From: an uncultured cyanobacterium
GTDB lineage: Bacteria > Cyanobacteriota > Cyanobacteriia > Cyanobacteriales > Cyanobacteriaceae
Assembly (NCBI GenBank): GCA_963710605.1
Contig: CAVQBA010000004.1
Span: 1,248,001-1,312,000 of the forward strand
DNA: 64,000 nucleotides
Direction of reading: 5' to 3'
This document shows positions 20,183 through 31,328 of the stretch, one piece after another (position 1 is the stretch's first letter; each line of letters starts with the position of its first letter). The position numbers and the translations under genes were made by a program. The notes under the pieces are model-generated. The model saw nothing but the letters and a program-made list of their open reading frames with translations, was not told the origin of the DNA and made no database searches.

Positions 20183-20928
20183 AAAAATAATTGTCAAAAG
20201 GGCAAAGGGCAAAGGGCAAAGGGCAAAGGGCAAAGGGCAAAGGGCAAGGGGCAAAGGTAATTTTAAAAATAGCTTGAACTACCATTAAAATCCAATACGC
20301 CTATCAAAGGAGTATCCCCCCCATCCCCCCTTATCGAAGGGGGGAGATTCGGGGCTTTAAACCCTTGATTTTTTGGTAATTCAAAAGTAAGGTAATTATA
20401 GATTATTAAATAATTATAATAATTTCTATCCAAAATTTGAAATATTTATTTAATATTTGAAGTTCTCAGTTATTTCTTGATAAAAATAAGATATATTATT
20501 TATTTTTTAGTATAAATATTTATGAACTTTAATCTACTATTTAAACGATCGTATTACGGTCAAATAATAATATTTGCATAATTGATTTAATCTCTATCAA
20601 TAACTAGCTTAGAGAGCCAAATAAATTGATTTGATATCTTACATTATATAACGAATATTTAGTTTAGTAATCATTATATTTTCTTTACTTTAAATTAATC
20701 TAATGTTAACTTTTAGTTAAAGTAAAATGGATAGATAATTATCATAATATTAGAGCAAAAAAACTTAAATATTTGTTGGCAAAATAATTCTAATCAATAA
20801 TTAGGTAAAGATAATTTTTAAATTCAGACAAAAACTTTAATTTTACTTGATAAAGTTCGCTTAGTAAGGGTTTAGCAGTGCCAAACCCTTACGCAATTAA
20901 TGATTAACGCTTAATTTACTAATAACGA

Positions 20929-22119
20929 CTAATCCCGAATCTGTACAGGCATAATCAAGTAAGTCATTTGTAAACCACTTAGGGGAGTGATAATAACGGG
21001 TTGAGTTGGATTATTAAAATTAAATTTAATCTCATTAGCCGATATTGCTTTCAAGCCATCCATCAAATAGCGAATATTAAAACCAATCTCAAAATCATCA
21101 CCAATAATTTCTGCTTCAATTGATTCGGTTGCATTACCTAATTCTTTGGCTTCTACAGAAACAACCACTTGTTTATCTTCGGTATTTAAGTTAAATTTAA
21201 CTAAGTTATTTTTTTGATCAGTTAAAACCGAAACTCTCTCTAAACTATCAATTAAAGTTCTACGCTCTATAACCATCGATCGTTCAAACTCTTGAGGAAT
21301 TAATTGATTATAATTAGGATAAGCACCATCTAACTTACGACTAGTCAAATGCTGAGTGCCTAACTCAAAAACAACTTGCCCTTCATCTACATATAAAGCA
21401 ATCTCATTTTCTTCCTTACTCATTGTCATCATTTTTTCTAATTCCCTCAAAGCACGTGCGGGAATCGTGATGGTAAAATTTTGCTCGGTAGTAGCAGTTG
21501 GTTTCTGGTTTTGCTCATCATCATCACCATCACCATCATCCTCATTTTGCTCACTAGTTTTTACCACCGCTAAACGATGCCCGTCGGTGGCGGCAAATTC
21601 CAAATCATCCATATCACGGGTTAGGTGTATTCCTGTTAATATTTGCTTCGTCTCATCACTACTTGCAGCAAATAAAGAACTTTTTAAACCTTCAGATAAA
21701 GCAGGGATACTTAATAATAATGCTTCATCTTTTTCGACGATAGGTAACTCGGGATATTCATCAGCAATTACTCCTCTTAACTGAAATTTGCCTGATAATG
21801 AATTTAAAGTTACGATCGGGTTATCTGCTAATTTTTCTTCATCATAATCTAAAGCGACTTGCCCTTCAGGTAAACGAGTGACAATATCATTAAAAAGTTT
21901 GGCAGGTAAAGTTATCACTCCTCCTTCTTCAACCTCAGCACTGAAAGTTGTCCGCATACCCAAACTTAAATCGAATCCGGTAAGGGTAACTAAGTTTTTG
22001 TCTTCGTCGGCTATCAATAATACGTTGGCTAAAATTGGATGTGTAGGGCGAGAAGGTACAGCACGAATTATTAATGATAAGTTATTGTTAAGATCTATTT
22101 GCGAACAAACTATTTTCAC
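20929..22119 (-). CDS. dnaN: DNA polymerase III beta sliding clamp
   Basis: PTHPILANVL, AATDGHRLA, YPNY, GFNIRYL, YLIMPVQ. Confidence 0.97.
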   Translation of the reverse strand: MKIVCSQIDLNNNLSLIIRAVPSRPTHPILANVLLIADEDKNLVTLTGFDLSLGMRTTFSAEVEEGGVITLPAKLFNDIVTRLPEGQVALDYDEEKLADNPIVTLNSLSGKFQLRGVIADEYPELPIVEKDEALLLSIPALSEGLKSSLFAASSDETKQILTGIHLTRDMDDLEFAATDGHRLAVVKTSEQNEDDGDGDDDEQNQKPTATTEQNFTITIPARALRELEKMMTMSKEENEIALYVDEGQVVFELGTQHLTSRKLDGAYPNYNQLIPQEFERSMVIERRTLIDSLERVSVLTDQKNNLVKFNLNTEDKQVVVSVEAKELGNATESIEAEIIGDDFEIGFNIRYLMDGLKAISANEIKFNFNNPTQPVIITPLSGLQMTYLIMPVQIRD

Positions 22120-22404
22120 GGTTTTTCAATTCCTTTGGTTAATATTCTTAGTTCTATTGTACTAAAAAATAAGCTATTTTAATAGGCGATAGACAGTATG
22201 ATAACCGATTTGAAAATTAAAAGTCAAAATTTCACCTCCTCAGCAGTGACCTTTAGTTTAATCTGTTAAGAATAGGTAATTTAGTTGATAATGAACAATT
22301 GACAATTGACAGTTGACGGTTGAAAATTAAAAAGACTTCTTCTTCTGTCTTACTTTTTATCTAATTTATTCTTCATCCTTCATTTTTGATTCTTAACTTT
22401 TTTT

Positions 22405-24672
22405 ATGTCTCATCCTTTATATGTTGCTTTTATTTGGCATCAGCATCAACCTTTATACAAATCTAATGTTTCTACTAATGATTTTGGTGGTCAATATCGC
22501 TTACCATGGGTGAGATTACATGGTACTAAAGATTATCTCGATTTAATTTTAACTTTAGCAAAATATCCTAGTTTACACCAGACAGTAAATCTTGTTCCCT
22601 CATTGATGTTACAATTAGAAGACTACGCCAATGGTAAAGCGATCGATCCTTATTTAGCTCTAACTATCTCTTCTTTAGCAGATGCTAATTTTACGCAAAA
22701 ACAATACATTTTAGAGCATTTTTTTGATGCTAATTATGAATACCTAATTCGTCCTCATCCTCGTTATGACGAACTGTACCAACAAAAGCAAACAAAAGGG
22801 TTACAATGGTGTTTAGAAAATTGGCAAGATAATGATTACAGTGATTTATTAGCATGGCATAATCTAGCATGGTTCGATCCTTTATTTTGGTCTGATTCAC
22901 AGATTGCTAATTGGCTAGAAAGAGATAAAGATTTTACATTAAGCGATCGACACAACATCTATCGTAAACAACAAGAAATTATTCGTCGCATCATTCCCGA
23001 ACATAAAAAGATGCAGGATAAAGGGCAGTTAGAAATAACCACGACTCCTTACACTCACCCGATTTTGCCTTTATTAGCTGATACCGATGCGGCAAGAGTG
23101 GCTGTACCTAAAATGACTTTACCTCAACAAAGGTACCAATGGTCAGAAGATATTCCTCGTCATCTAGACAAAGCATGGCATATTTATACAGAAAGATTTG
23201 GTCAAGCACCCCGTGGATTATGGCCAAGTGAAGAATCTGTTAGCCCTTCTATTTTGCCTTATGTTGCCCAAAGAGGTTTTAAATGGTTATGTTCAGATGA
23301 AGCTGTTTTAGGTTGGAGTTTAGGATATTTTTTCGATCGTGATGATGCAGGTAATATTAATCAGCCAGAGTATCTTTATCGCCCTTACAGATTACCTACC
23401 CCTGATGGTGACTTGAGTATTGTGTTTCGAGACCATACTTTATCGGATTTAATTGGGTTTAATTATAGCTCAATGAATCATGATCAAGCCGCTGAAGATT
23501 TGATTGGGCGTTTAGAGCATATTGCTAGTAATCTTAAAGATAAACAAGAAGACAACAAGCAAGTTTTAGGACAACCAAACCTAGTAACGATCGCCCTTGA
23601 TGGTGAAAACTGTTGGGAATTTTATGAAAAAGATGGTCAGTTATTTTTAGATTCATTATACAAGCGTTTAGCTGATCATTCACAAATTGAATTAGTAACT
23701 GTCTCCGAATTTATTGAAAAATTTCCCCCCACAGAAACGATCGATCCTGCTAAACTTCATAGTGGCTCTTGGATTGATGGTAATTTTACGACTTGGATTG
23801 GCGACAAAGTTAAAAACAAAGCCTGGGATTATTTATATCAAGCCCGTTTAATGCTGGATAAGCACTCAGAAGCAACCGAAGACGTGAATCCTCAAGCGTG
23901 GGAAGCATTATACGCTGCTCAAGGCTCAGACTGGTTTTGGTGGTTCGGTGAGCCTCATAATTCTACCCATGATGATATGTTTGATCAATTATTTAGAGAA
24001 CATTTAATCACACTATATCAAGCTTTAAATGAACCTGTACCCGATTACCTTTATCAACCTGTTGCCGAGGCTGTAATTAAATCTGAAGAGAAAAAGGCAT
24101 CAACTGAAGAATATATTCACCCGACTATAAATGGTCAAACAGATGAGGATGAATGGCAAAAGGCGAACAAAATCATTAATGGTGGTTCAAGGGGAACAAT
24201 GCACCGTGCGAGTATAATTCCGACAATTTTTTATGGTCAGGATAAGAGTAATTTTTACCTCCGTTTAGATTTAAAATCAGGAGCAAAAATAGGTCAAGAT
24301 TTAGCCTCTGAGTTACATTTAGTTTGGTTTTATGAAGATAAACAGGGTGCTAATAATCCGATTCCTTTAACTAATTTACCCGATCGTCAACCGCTTAATT
24401 ATTTTTATCATCACCATTTAGGAATTAATTTATTAGAAAAAACTAGTTATTTAGAAGAAGCACAAGCTGATCTAGTTTGGCATACTCGTGAGTTTCATGG
24501 GCAAGTAGCGATCGATAGTTGTATTGAAATAGCAATACCTTGGAATGATTTAAAGATTGATGATCACGATCGACTTTGTTTACTAGTTGTTCTCGCTGAT
24601 GATAATCAATTTAGAGAGTATTTCCCCAAAGAGCAATTAATTCGGTTGGAAAAAAGAACAATTAATAATTAG
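22405..24672 (+). CDS. Glycoside hydrolase family 57 (amylopullulanase-like)
   Basis: WHQHQP, TPYTHPILPL, WPSE, ALDGEN, GSDWFWW. Confidence 0.93.
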   Translation: MSHPLYVAFIWHQHQPLYKSNVSTNDFGGQYRLPWVRLHGTKDYLDLILTLAKYPSLHQTVNLVPSLMLQLEDYANGKAIDPYLALTISSLADANFTQKQYILEHFFDANYEYLIRPHPRYDELYQQKQTKGLQWCLENWQDNDYSDLLAWHNLAWFDPLFWSDSQIANWLERDKDFTLSDRHNIYRKQQEIIRRIIPEHKKMQDKGQLEITTTPYTHPILPLLADTDAARVAVPKMTLPQQRYQWSEDIPRHLDKAWHIYTERFGQAPRGLWPSEESVSPSILPYVAQRGFKWLCSDEAVLGWSLGYFFDRDDAGNINQPEYLYRPYRLPTPDGDLSIVFRDHTLSDLIGFNYSSMNHDQAAEDLIGRLEHIASNLKDKQEDNKQVLGQPNLVTIALDGENCWEFYEKDGQLFLDSLYKRLADHSQIELVTVSEFIEKFPPTETIDPAKLHSGSWIDGNFTTWIGDKVKNKAWDYLYQARLMLDKHSEATEDVNPQAWEALYAAQGSDWFWWFGEPHNSTHDDMFDQLFREHLITLYQALNEPVPDYLYQPVAEAVIKSEEKKASTEEYIHPTINGQTDEDEWQKANKIINGGSRGTMHRASIIPTIFYGQDKSNFYLRLDLKSGAKIGQDLASELHLVWFYEDKQGANNPIPLTNLPDRQPLNYFYHHHLGINLLEKTSYLEEAQADLVWHTREFHGQVAIDSCIEIAIPWNDLKIDDHDRLCLLVVLADDNQFREYFPKEQLIRLEKRTINN

Positions 24673-24675
24673 TAG

Positions 24676-24777
24676 TTATAGCCAAATTCAACAAGACAGA
24701 GCAAGCCCCCGCGCATCCCCCAAGTTTGGGGGACTTTCTGTGAAAAACGGTTGCAAATTTTATTTGAATTGGTATTA
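24676..24777. repeat. MITE-like repeat with CCCCC/GGGGG core
   Basis: Imperfect terminal inverted repeats; reverse-strand relative at ~56170-56279. Confidence 0.55.
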
Positions 24778-24894
24778 GATTTGAGTTCAATTTATTGAAC
24801 GGTTTTATTTTAGCCTTGAACTTAAGTTCAAGGATAATCTTTTAAGCTAAAACAAGAGAGTTTACACCCTTATTAACAAAATATTACCCCCAGT

Positions 24895-26019
24895 TTAATA
24901 AAGATCGTATCTAAGTAAAGTACAACTAATACCACCATTATCGATCGGTACACGACGAGAAGTACGTAAACCAATCTTTTTAGTCAACTCCTTATTACCA
25001 CTAAAAATATAAGCTGTCCAACCTGTAAATCTTTGCTTTAAAATGTCTCCGAGTAATTTATATAAAGGAAATAAACTTTCAGTATCAGATATTCTTTTCC
25101 CATAAGGTGGATTACAAATCAAAATACCCGATTCTGCTGGAGGTTGAATATCAATTAAATGTTTTTGGTATATTTTTACTTCTTGATGTAATTGGCAAAT
25201 ATGGGCATTTGTTTGAGCTTGTCTAACAATGTCTCGATCGGCATCACTACCGATAATCGGGGCTACTTGATTTTTTTGTGCAGTTTCGGCTTCGTTTAAT
25301 ACTTCTTCCCACAATTGCTCGTCATAGTCTGCCCAGTTTTGAAAATAAAAATAATCACGAGATAAACCGGGAGCAATATTTAAACCAATTAAAGCCGCTT
25401 CTAAAATAATTGTACCTGAGCCACAAAAAGGATCATATAAAACTTGTTCACCTTCCCATTCAGTTAGATAAAGTAGAGCGGCGGCTAAGGTTTCTTTTAG
25501 AGGTGCTAAACCAACTGCAGGGCGATAACCACGACGATGAAGACTTTCACCTGTACTATCTAAACTTAAGACACAGTCATCGTTATAGATATGTGCGTTA
25601 AGATAAAGATCAGGATCTTTTGGATCTACACTTGAGCGAGAACCAGTTTGCTTCATTTGTTGATCAACGATCGCATCTTTGATCTGTAAAGCGGTAAAAT
25701 GAGTATGATTAAGCTCATCGTTTTTACCTGTAGAACGAACAGCTAATGTTTGATTTGGTTGTATATATTCTGACCAATCAATCTTTTGTATTTCTTCGTA
25801 GAGTTGTTTTCTATTTTTACTTTTAACAGTTTTAATTACTTTTAAAACCCGAAAAATCGTTCTTCCCCAAAGATTGACTTTATATAATAAACGTTTGTCT
25901 CCTTGAAAATGTACTCCTGTGAAATCTGTTTCAACTTCTTTTGCTCCTAATTTAATCAATTCTTGAGCCGTTATCTCTTCTAATCCTCTAGCGGTAGTTG
26001 CAAAATAAGATTCTGTCAC
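24895..26019 (-). CDS. THUMP-domain SAM-dependent RNA methyltransferase (RlmL-like)
   Basis: SLHRRGYR, APLKETLAAA, DPFCGSGTI, NPPYG. Confidence 0.9.
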   Translation of the reverse strand: MTESYFATTARGLEEITAQELIKLGAKEVETDFTGVHFQGDKRLLYKVNLWGRTIFRVLKVIKTVKSKNRKQLYEEIQKIDWSEYIQPNQTLAVRSTGKNDELNHTHFTALQIKDAIVDQQMKQTGSRSSVDPKDPDLYLNAHIYNDDCVLSLDSTGESLHRRGYRPAVGLAPLKETLAAALLYLTEWEGEQVLYDPFCGSGTIILEAALIGLNIAPGLSRDYFYFQNWADYDEQLWEEVLNEAETAQKNQVAPIIGSDADRDIVRQAQTNAHICQLHQEVKIYQKHLIDIQPPAESGILICNPPYGKRISDTESLFPLYKLLGDILKQRFTGWTAYIFSGNKELTKKIGLRTSRRVPIDNGGISCTLLRYDLY

Positions 26020-26377
26020 GTTATTTCTTCTTCCTTTTATAATTCTAATCTCAAACTAACTTGTTCTTAGCTTAATAAATTCAACAAACTTTATCTAAAA
26101 AAGCTTTTAATTATTTTTTATTGTCAACTAAAAATTTATTTGAATTTCACTTTATTATAAAGCCAACTAGTTATACGAGAAGCTAGATTTTTTTTTACCA
26201 ATCGCCAAGCAATTATTTTGACGATCGGTTTAGGAGTATTCATGATAAATTTCAAGTTTCAGGAAATAAGTGTAGAGGCAATTATCAATTATCAATTATG
26301 TAAACAGTACTTAATAACTATCAAAAACGTTAATATATTAAACTAATAAATAAATTATCACTAATTAATATACGATC

Positions 26378-27049
26378 GTGCGTTTACCCTTACCCAAAGT
26401 TAACAATGAAGGTAGAAATTCAGATCATATTGGAGAAGTAATCGAAACTTCCACGATCGAATTTTTAGCACAATGTCTTGAGCCTGAAGAATTAAATTTC
26501 CCTGCTATGCCACCATTTGGTAGTTGGGTAAAATCATTTGATGAAGAATCAGGTAATAAAATTTTTTCTTTAGTCACGAATGTTACCACAGCCCCGATAG
26601 ATTCGGTACACAGAGCAAGGGCGTTAGGTTTAACTCTAGCAGAATTAAAAGAGCAACAACCGCAAATTTTTGCAATGCTTAAAACTGAATTTAGAGCAAT
26701 TATCATTGGTTTTGAAACTCCTCCTACTAACGAAGAAAATGGTTATAGCCCTAGCGATGGTAGTATTTTTCAGTATTTACCACCTCGCCCACCTCAAATT
26801 CACCAAGCAGTTTTTCGTGCCGAACCCGTGGAAATAATCAAGTTTACTAATAATCCCGATTTTTTAAGAGTATTATTACAATTACCTAATGCCCCAGTAG
26901 AATCACTAATTGCGGCTACTTTAAGAGAAAGTTATAGTCTGCGAGGAGGTGACAGACAATGGTTAGTTAGTGCCGGTAGAACTTTGAGTGTTTTACTGAA
27001 AAATGACTATGATTGTCTCAAATATATCTTAAGTCAAGTTCATTGGTAA
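26378..27049 (+). CDS. HAS-barrel domain protein
   Basis: IGEVIETSTIEF..PPFGSWV, PIDSVHRARALG, YLPPRPPQIH; resembles the conserved cyanobacterial family. Confidence 0.7.
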   Translation: MRLPLPKVNNEGRNSDHIGEVIETSTIEFLAQCLEPEELNFPAMPPFGSWVKSFDEESGNKIFSLVTNVTTAPIDSVHRARALGLTLAELKEQQPQIFAMLKTEFRAIIIGFETPPTNEENGYSPSDGSIFQYLPPRPPQIHQAVFRAEPVEIIKFTNNPDFLRVLLQLPNAPVESLIAATLRESYSLRGGDRQWLVSAGRTLSVLLKNDYDCLKYILSQVHW

Positions 27050-27286
27050 TAAATAATAAATAATTGAGGTTGAATTTAGGTATTAATCGTTTTGTTCAAT
27101 TTACTTGAGTGTACGATCGCTTTTTGCTAATACTCTTATCTAATTTGAACCAATAAACGATCGTGTCTTGATTATGACAAACAAATTACTAATCCTCAGA
27201 GATAATTCATTAATCAAAAAAGTTTTTTGTTTGATTACGTTGAAATATTATAGTATATACTTATTAAGTACATATATATTAAAAAG

Positions 27287-30130
27287 GTGATGATGGAGCA
27301 GTTAATATCGATCGCTAAACAAGACTTACAATCATTTATTGATTATCCAGAGTCTTTAATTGAACAAGACAAAGTAATACAAATAGCCGTTGCGACTCAT
27401 GCCGATACACCCCGTGAATTTTTAGCTATTTTAGTTAATAGTGGTATAGATGAAGTAGCAGACACCGCTCAACTCCATGTTAATTATGCAGGAGAAATTG
27501 AAGAAAATTGGCAAGATATTGTTGATCAAAAGTTAAAGTCTCGTTATCTGGGGCAAAACGACAAATTAGCAGTAGAATTATTGAAGTTTGCTCCTGTGCC
27601 TGATTATTTTTTAAGCGAATGGGTACCAGGTAATTATTTAAGTCAAGCATTAAAAAATCCCTATTTACCTTCTCGTTACAAAGCTAATTTATTAAATAGG
27701 TTAGTTCACGATGAATCTTTAGAAGCTCGTTTACAAATAGCAGAATCTTTAGAAACACCTGTAGCAATCTTAAAAAGTTTAATTGGTGACTTGAAATTTG
27801 CAGTACGCTTAGCAGTAAAACATCATCCGAATTGCCCTTTGGAATTAGTTAAGTTGGTTAAGGAGCAACAAAAAATAGCTAGTGATTGGGATACTGATAA
27901 AAAACAATTAGATAGTTTAAGTAATAGTGATTGGGATTGGATTAGACAAACAGTAGCCCAAAATACTTCTACTTCAGAGGAAACTTTATTAAAGTTAGCA
28001 GAAGATAAAGTATATCCGATTCGATTAGCTGTAGCGAAAAATCCTGCAACATCAGCTATCGTTTTAGCAAAATTAGCCGAGGATTCTAGTTACGAAATAC
28101 TTTCTAAGGTGATAAAACATTCTAATACTCCATCTAAAATACTAATTAAACTAGGTCAAAAACCTAAGACAAAGACTGAAAACAGTCTTAGCTCAGATAT
28201 ATTCAAAAGCTATCGCTCATCGATTTCAATAGAAGAAATAAAAGAGTATGAACAGGCTCGTCAAATATTAAATAGAAGAGTTAATACTCCTTACATTTTA
28301 AATAAGGTAGTCGAAACAGGAAACCAAAATGCTAAAATTTCCGTCATTAGAAATCCTCAAACCCCAATTCAAGTAATTGAAAAACTCGCTAAGGATGAAG
28401 ATGAAACTGTACGTAAAGTTGTTGCAGAAAATAAAAATCTACCTTTAAATATTTTACTAAAATTAGCAGAAGATTCTAGTTTTGGCGTTCGATCGGCTCT
28501 AGCGTACAAAAATACTTACAGTAAAATACAAACTCCCGTTGAATTACTAGAAAAATTAGCCCAAGATGAATCAGAACAAATCAGACAAGAAGTAGCTAAC
28601 CATCCTGATACACCAGAAGAGTTATTAATCAAGTTAGCTAATGATTCGAGCATCAACGTTAAAAAAGTACTAATAAGAAATCTGAATACTCCTGTAACCG
28701 TTCTTAATCGTTTAGGATTAGAGGAAAACTTAGTTGATGCAAGTAACCCCAATACACCAGCAGAAGTATTAGCCAGTCAAGTTAATAGTATTTTACGATC
28801 GCAAAGTAATTCCCGTCAGAGTAATTCCGAATCAGCAAACAAACCTTTAGTAGAATTAATTAAGCATCCTGTTAAAGGGACAAAGATGCCAATAGAAATT
28901 TTAGATAAGTTAGCTAGTCATCATTATTCTTCTGTGCGTTATCGTGTAGCTTCTCACCCCAATACTTCGACTAGTACATTAGAAAAACTCGCTCGTGATT
29001 CTTATGTGCCGACAGTTAGAGCCGTCGTTGATAACCCAAAGACACCACCAAATATATTAGAATATTTCGCTAAATATACCGATCTTACTACTCGTTTGAG
29101 TCTTGTAAGTCATCCCAACACTCCTGCTAGAGTTTTGAGACAATTTGTAGAGGATGCTCAAAAATCAATTAATGCACCCAACAATACTAAAGATGCTCTT
29201 AAAAGTGGTATATTTGGTGATGCTTATAGTTTGTTAATTGCGATCGCATCTAGCCCAAAAACTCCGATCGATGCTTTGGAAATTATTGCTAGAAGAGAGT
29301 TTGTCACTCCTATACTCGATCCTGATTCACTATTTCCCACTAGAACAGATGATGATGTAATACGATCGCTAGTTTATTATAATCCTAATTTGACTCCAGA
29401 GTTACTTAATATACTGATTCACGATCGTTGTGTTGATGTTCGCATTGCCTTAACTCGTCATTCTAATTTAACCGATGCCTTATCTTTGAAACTAGCAAAA
29501 GATGAAGATGTATCGGTCAGAAAGGCGATCGTATCTCAAACGGCTATCCCTGAGATTTTAGAAACTTTAGCAGAAGATGAGATGTCAGATGTTCGCTCAC
29601 AAGTAGCGGAGAATACGAATACTTCTAAAGAGCTTTTAAGACAATTGTCACAAGATACAGAAGCGATCGTATTAACTAAAGTAGCAGGAAACCCTAATAC
29701 TCCTAATGCTGTGTTAGAAAATCTAGCTCAAGACAAATCAGTAGAAGTACGCCGTGCGGTAGCTAATAATTCTAATACTCCCAAAATGATTAAGGATTCT
29801 CTCAAAGATTTGTTACCAACAAGGGAAAAAAGTACTCAAACTCGATCGTCTAGTTCTACTTTAAAAGGATTAAGTCGTATTTATAACCCCAAAACTGATG
29901 ATTTACCTACTGTCTTATCAGAATATAGTAATTCAGAAGTTGCTTTTGTGCGTTTTGTCTCTTTACTGCATCCAAATACACCAGTTGAAATATTAGAAAA
30001 TGGGGCAAATTCGGCTTCTTGGATAGAGCGTTATGCGGTAGCGGATAACCCAAATACACCCACAGAAATTAAACAAAAATTGGCTCAAGATGCGAATCAA
30101 ATTGTCCGTGCCGTGGCGAGAAATACCTAA
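27287..30130 (+). CDS. Leucine-rich-variant (LRV)/HEAT repeat protein, 947 aa
   Basis: Many ~24-aa LAxDxxxxVRxxVAxNPNTP repeats. Confidence 0.88.
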   Translation: MMMEQLISIAKQDLQSFIDYPESLIEQDKVIQIAVATHADTPREFLAILVNSGIDEVADTAQLHVNYAGEIEENWQDIVDQKLKSRYLGQNDKLAVELLKFAPVPDYFLSEWVPGNYLSQALKNPYLPSRYKANLLNRLVHDESLEARLQIAESLETPVAILKSLIGDLKFAVRLAVKHHPNCPLELVKLVKEQQKIASDWDTDKKQLDSLSNSDWDWIRQTVAQNTSTSEETLLKLAEDKVYPIRLAVAKNPATSAIVLAKLAEDSSYEILSKVIKHSNTPSKILIKLGQKPKTKTENSLSSDIFKSYRSSISIEEIKEYEQARQILNRRVNTPYILNKVVETGNQNAKISVIRNPQTPIQVIEKLAKDEDETVRKVVAENKNLPLNILLKLAEDSSFGVRSALAYKNTYSKIQTPVELLEKLAQDESEQIRQEVANHPDTPEELLIKLANDSSINVKKVLIRNLNTPVTVLNRLGLEENLVDASNPNTPAEVLASQVNSILRSQSNSRQSNSESANKPLVELIKHPVKGTKMPIEILDKLASHHYSSVRYRVASHPNTSTSTLEKLARDSYVPTVRAVVDNPKTPPNILEYFAKYTDLTTRLSLVSHPNTPARVLRQFVEDAQKSINAPNNTKDALKSGIFGDAYSLLIAIASSPKTPIDALEIIARREFVTPILDPDSLFPTRTDDDVIRSLVYYNPNLTPELLNILIHDRCVDVRIALTRHSNLTDALSLKLAKDEDVSVRKAIVSQTAIPEILETLAEDEMSDVRSQVAENTNTSKELLRQLSQDTEAIVLTKVAGNPNTPNAVLENLAQDKSVEVRRAVANNSNTPKMIKDSLKDLLPTREKSTQTRSSSSTLKGLSRIYNPKTDDLPTVLSEYSNSEVAFVRFVSLLHPNTPVEILENGANSASWIERYAVADNPNTPTEIKQKLAQDANQIVRAVARNT

Positions 30131-30279
30131 TTAAACTCCCCTCTCCTTTGAAGGAGAGGGGCTGGGGGTGAGGTTGATTTGAGCCTTGTTTAACCCCTCA
30201 CTCATCTTCCCTTCAGAAGGGGAGACTTCATAAATACTTTTGCTTTTTTTTTAACTATATATAATTAATCGAAAAAATC

Positions 30280-31272
30280 ATGAAACCTGAAACAGAACAA
30301 ACATTAGCAACAATAGAACTAATTTTAGAGCAAAAAATTGATTGCAATATACCTTGTCATTGGGGGGATACTTTAAAACCTTATGTTTGGAATAGTCAAC
30401 AGCAAGGTATATTTAGCCCATTATCTTTTCTTAAATCGCAAGGATGGATACAAGAAACTGATCTCGAAAAAGCGATCGAAAATTGGCAATGGTCAGAAAA
30501 CACAGGTTTAGCGGCAAAAAGAATATTAGAAGATGACCCCTGTTGCATAGAAGAAGATGAAGATGAAGCAGAAATATTACTGGATGAAAAAACAAAAATA
30601 ACTAGAGCAAAAAACTATCAAAATATATTGCAACTTTTATCAAGTAAAACCACTAACTTACAAGCATTTGAGTTAAATTGTAATCAAGATTATTCTTTAT
30701 CGGTTGCTGTTGCAGAAGTTGCACCTCAACAATGGATTGCTTTAAGCCCTACTGTACCTCAAGAAACCTCATCTTATATTGGATGTAATCAAGCAGTAAA
30801 CACGACTGATGACAATTGTTCAATTATATGCTCACCCCACAATAAGGAAAAAAATGATTGTCAATTTACTGACGATGTAATTTTAGAAATCAAAAAACAA
30901 ATCGATCGATTATCGAAGATAGAAGTTTATGGTTGGTATGACGGAGGTTATGAAACCACTCATGAATATCAGATTCTTATGGCGACAGGGGATAGTAAAG
31001 AAGTAGCGTTGCAAAATATTCTGCTCAAATCTAAGTTTTTGGAAATATATAAATTCGATCGTTTTAATATTGATTATCAGCTTGATAATGATCACGAATG
31101 TGAAGCCGACAACTATCATTTACTTCACCGCTTCTTACAGCAAAGTTTTTCTGAGTTATTACTTTATCGTTTTTGTTTTTGGGATTACGAACATATTTAC
31201 ATCTTAGGAGAAAAGGGAGAGAACGATCGAGTTGGCGTGTATTTTAACAGTCAATTTACTTATAATCCTTAA
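30280..31272 (+). CDS. Acidic protein with probable tandem NuiA (nuclease A inhibitor)-like domains
   Basis: C-terminal LLYRF..EHIYILGEKGENDRVGV resembles the NuiA strand pattern VYRLG..DVYVIG..G...GI; paralogue of the next gene. Confidence 0.55.
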   Translation: MKPETEQTLATIELILEQKIDCNIPCHWGDTLKPYVWNSQQQGIFSPLSFLKSQGWIQETDLEKAIENWQWSENTGLAAKRILEDDPCCIEEDEDEAEILLDEKTKITRAKNYQNILQLLSSKTTNLQAFELNCNQDYSLSVAVAEVAPQQWIALSPTVPQETSSYIGCNQAVNTTDDNCSIICSPHNKEKNDCQFTDDVILEIKKQIDRLSKIEVYGWYDGGYETTHEYQILMATGDSKEVALQNILLKSKFLEIYKFDRFNIDYQLDNDHECEADNYHLLHRFLQQSFSELLLYRFCFWDYEHIYILGEKGENDRVGVYFNSQFTYNP

Positions 31273-31328
31273 TTTTAAATCTAAATAAATACATTTAAAC
31301 CTTTTCTCACAGTCATTTTTTATAGCTT

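Noticed and set aside
20183-20254. N-terminal MPLALCPLPFALCPLPF extension of PhoX
   Set aside because: It is the translation of the (AAAGGGC)n heptamer array; the Tat signal starts at 20182.
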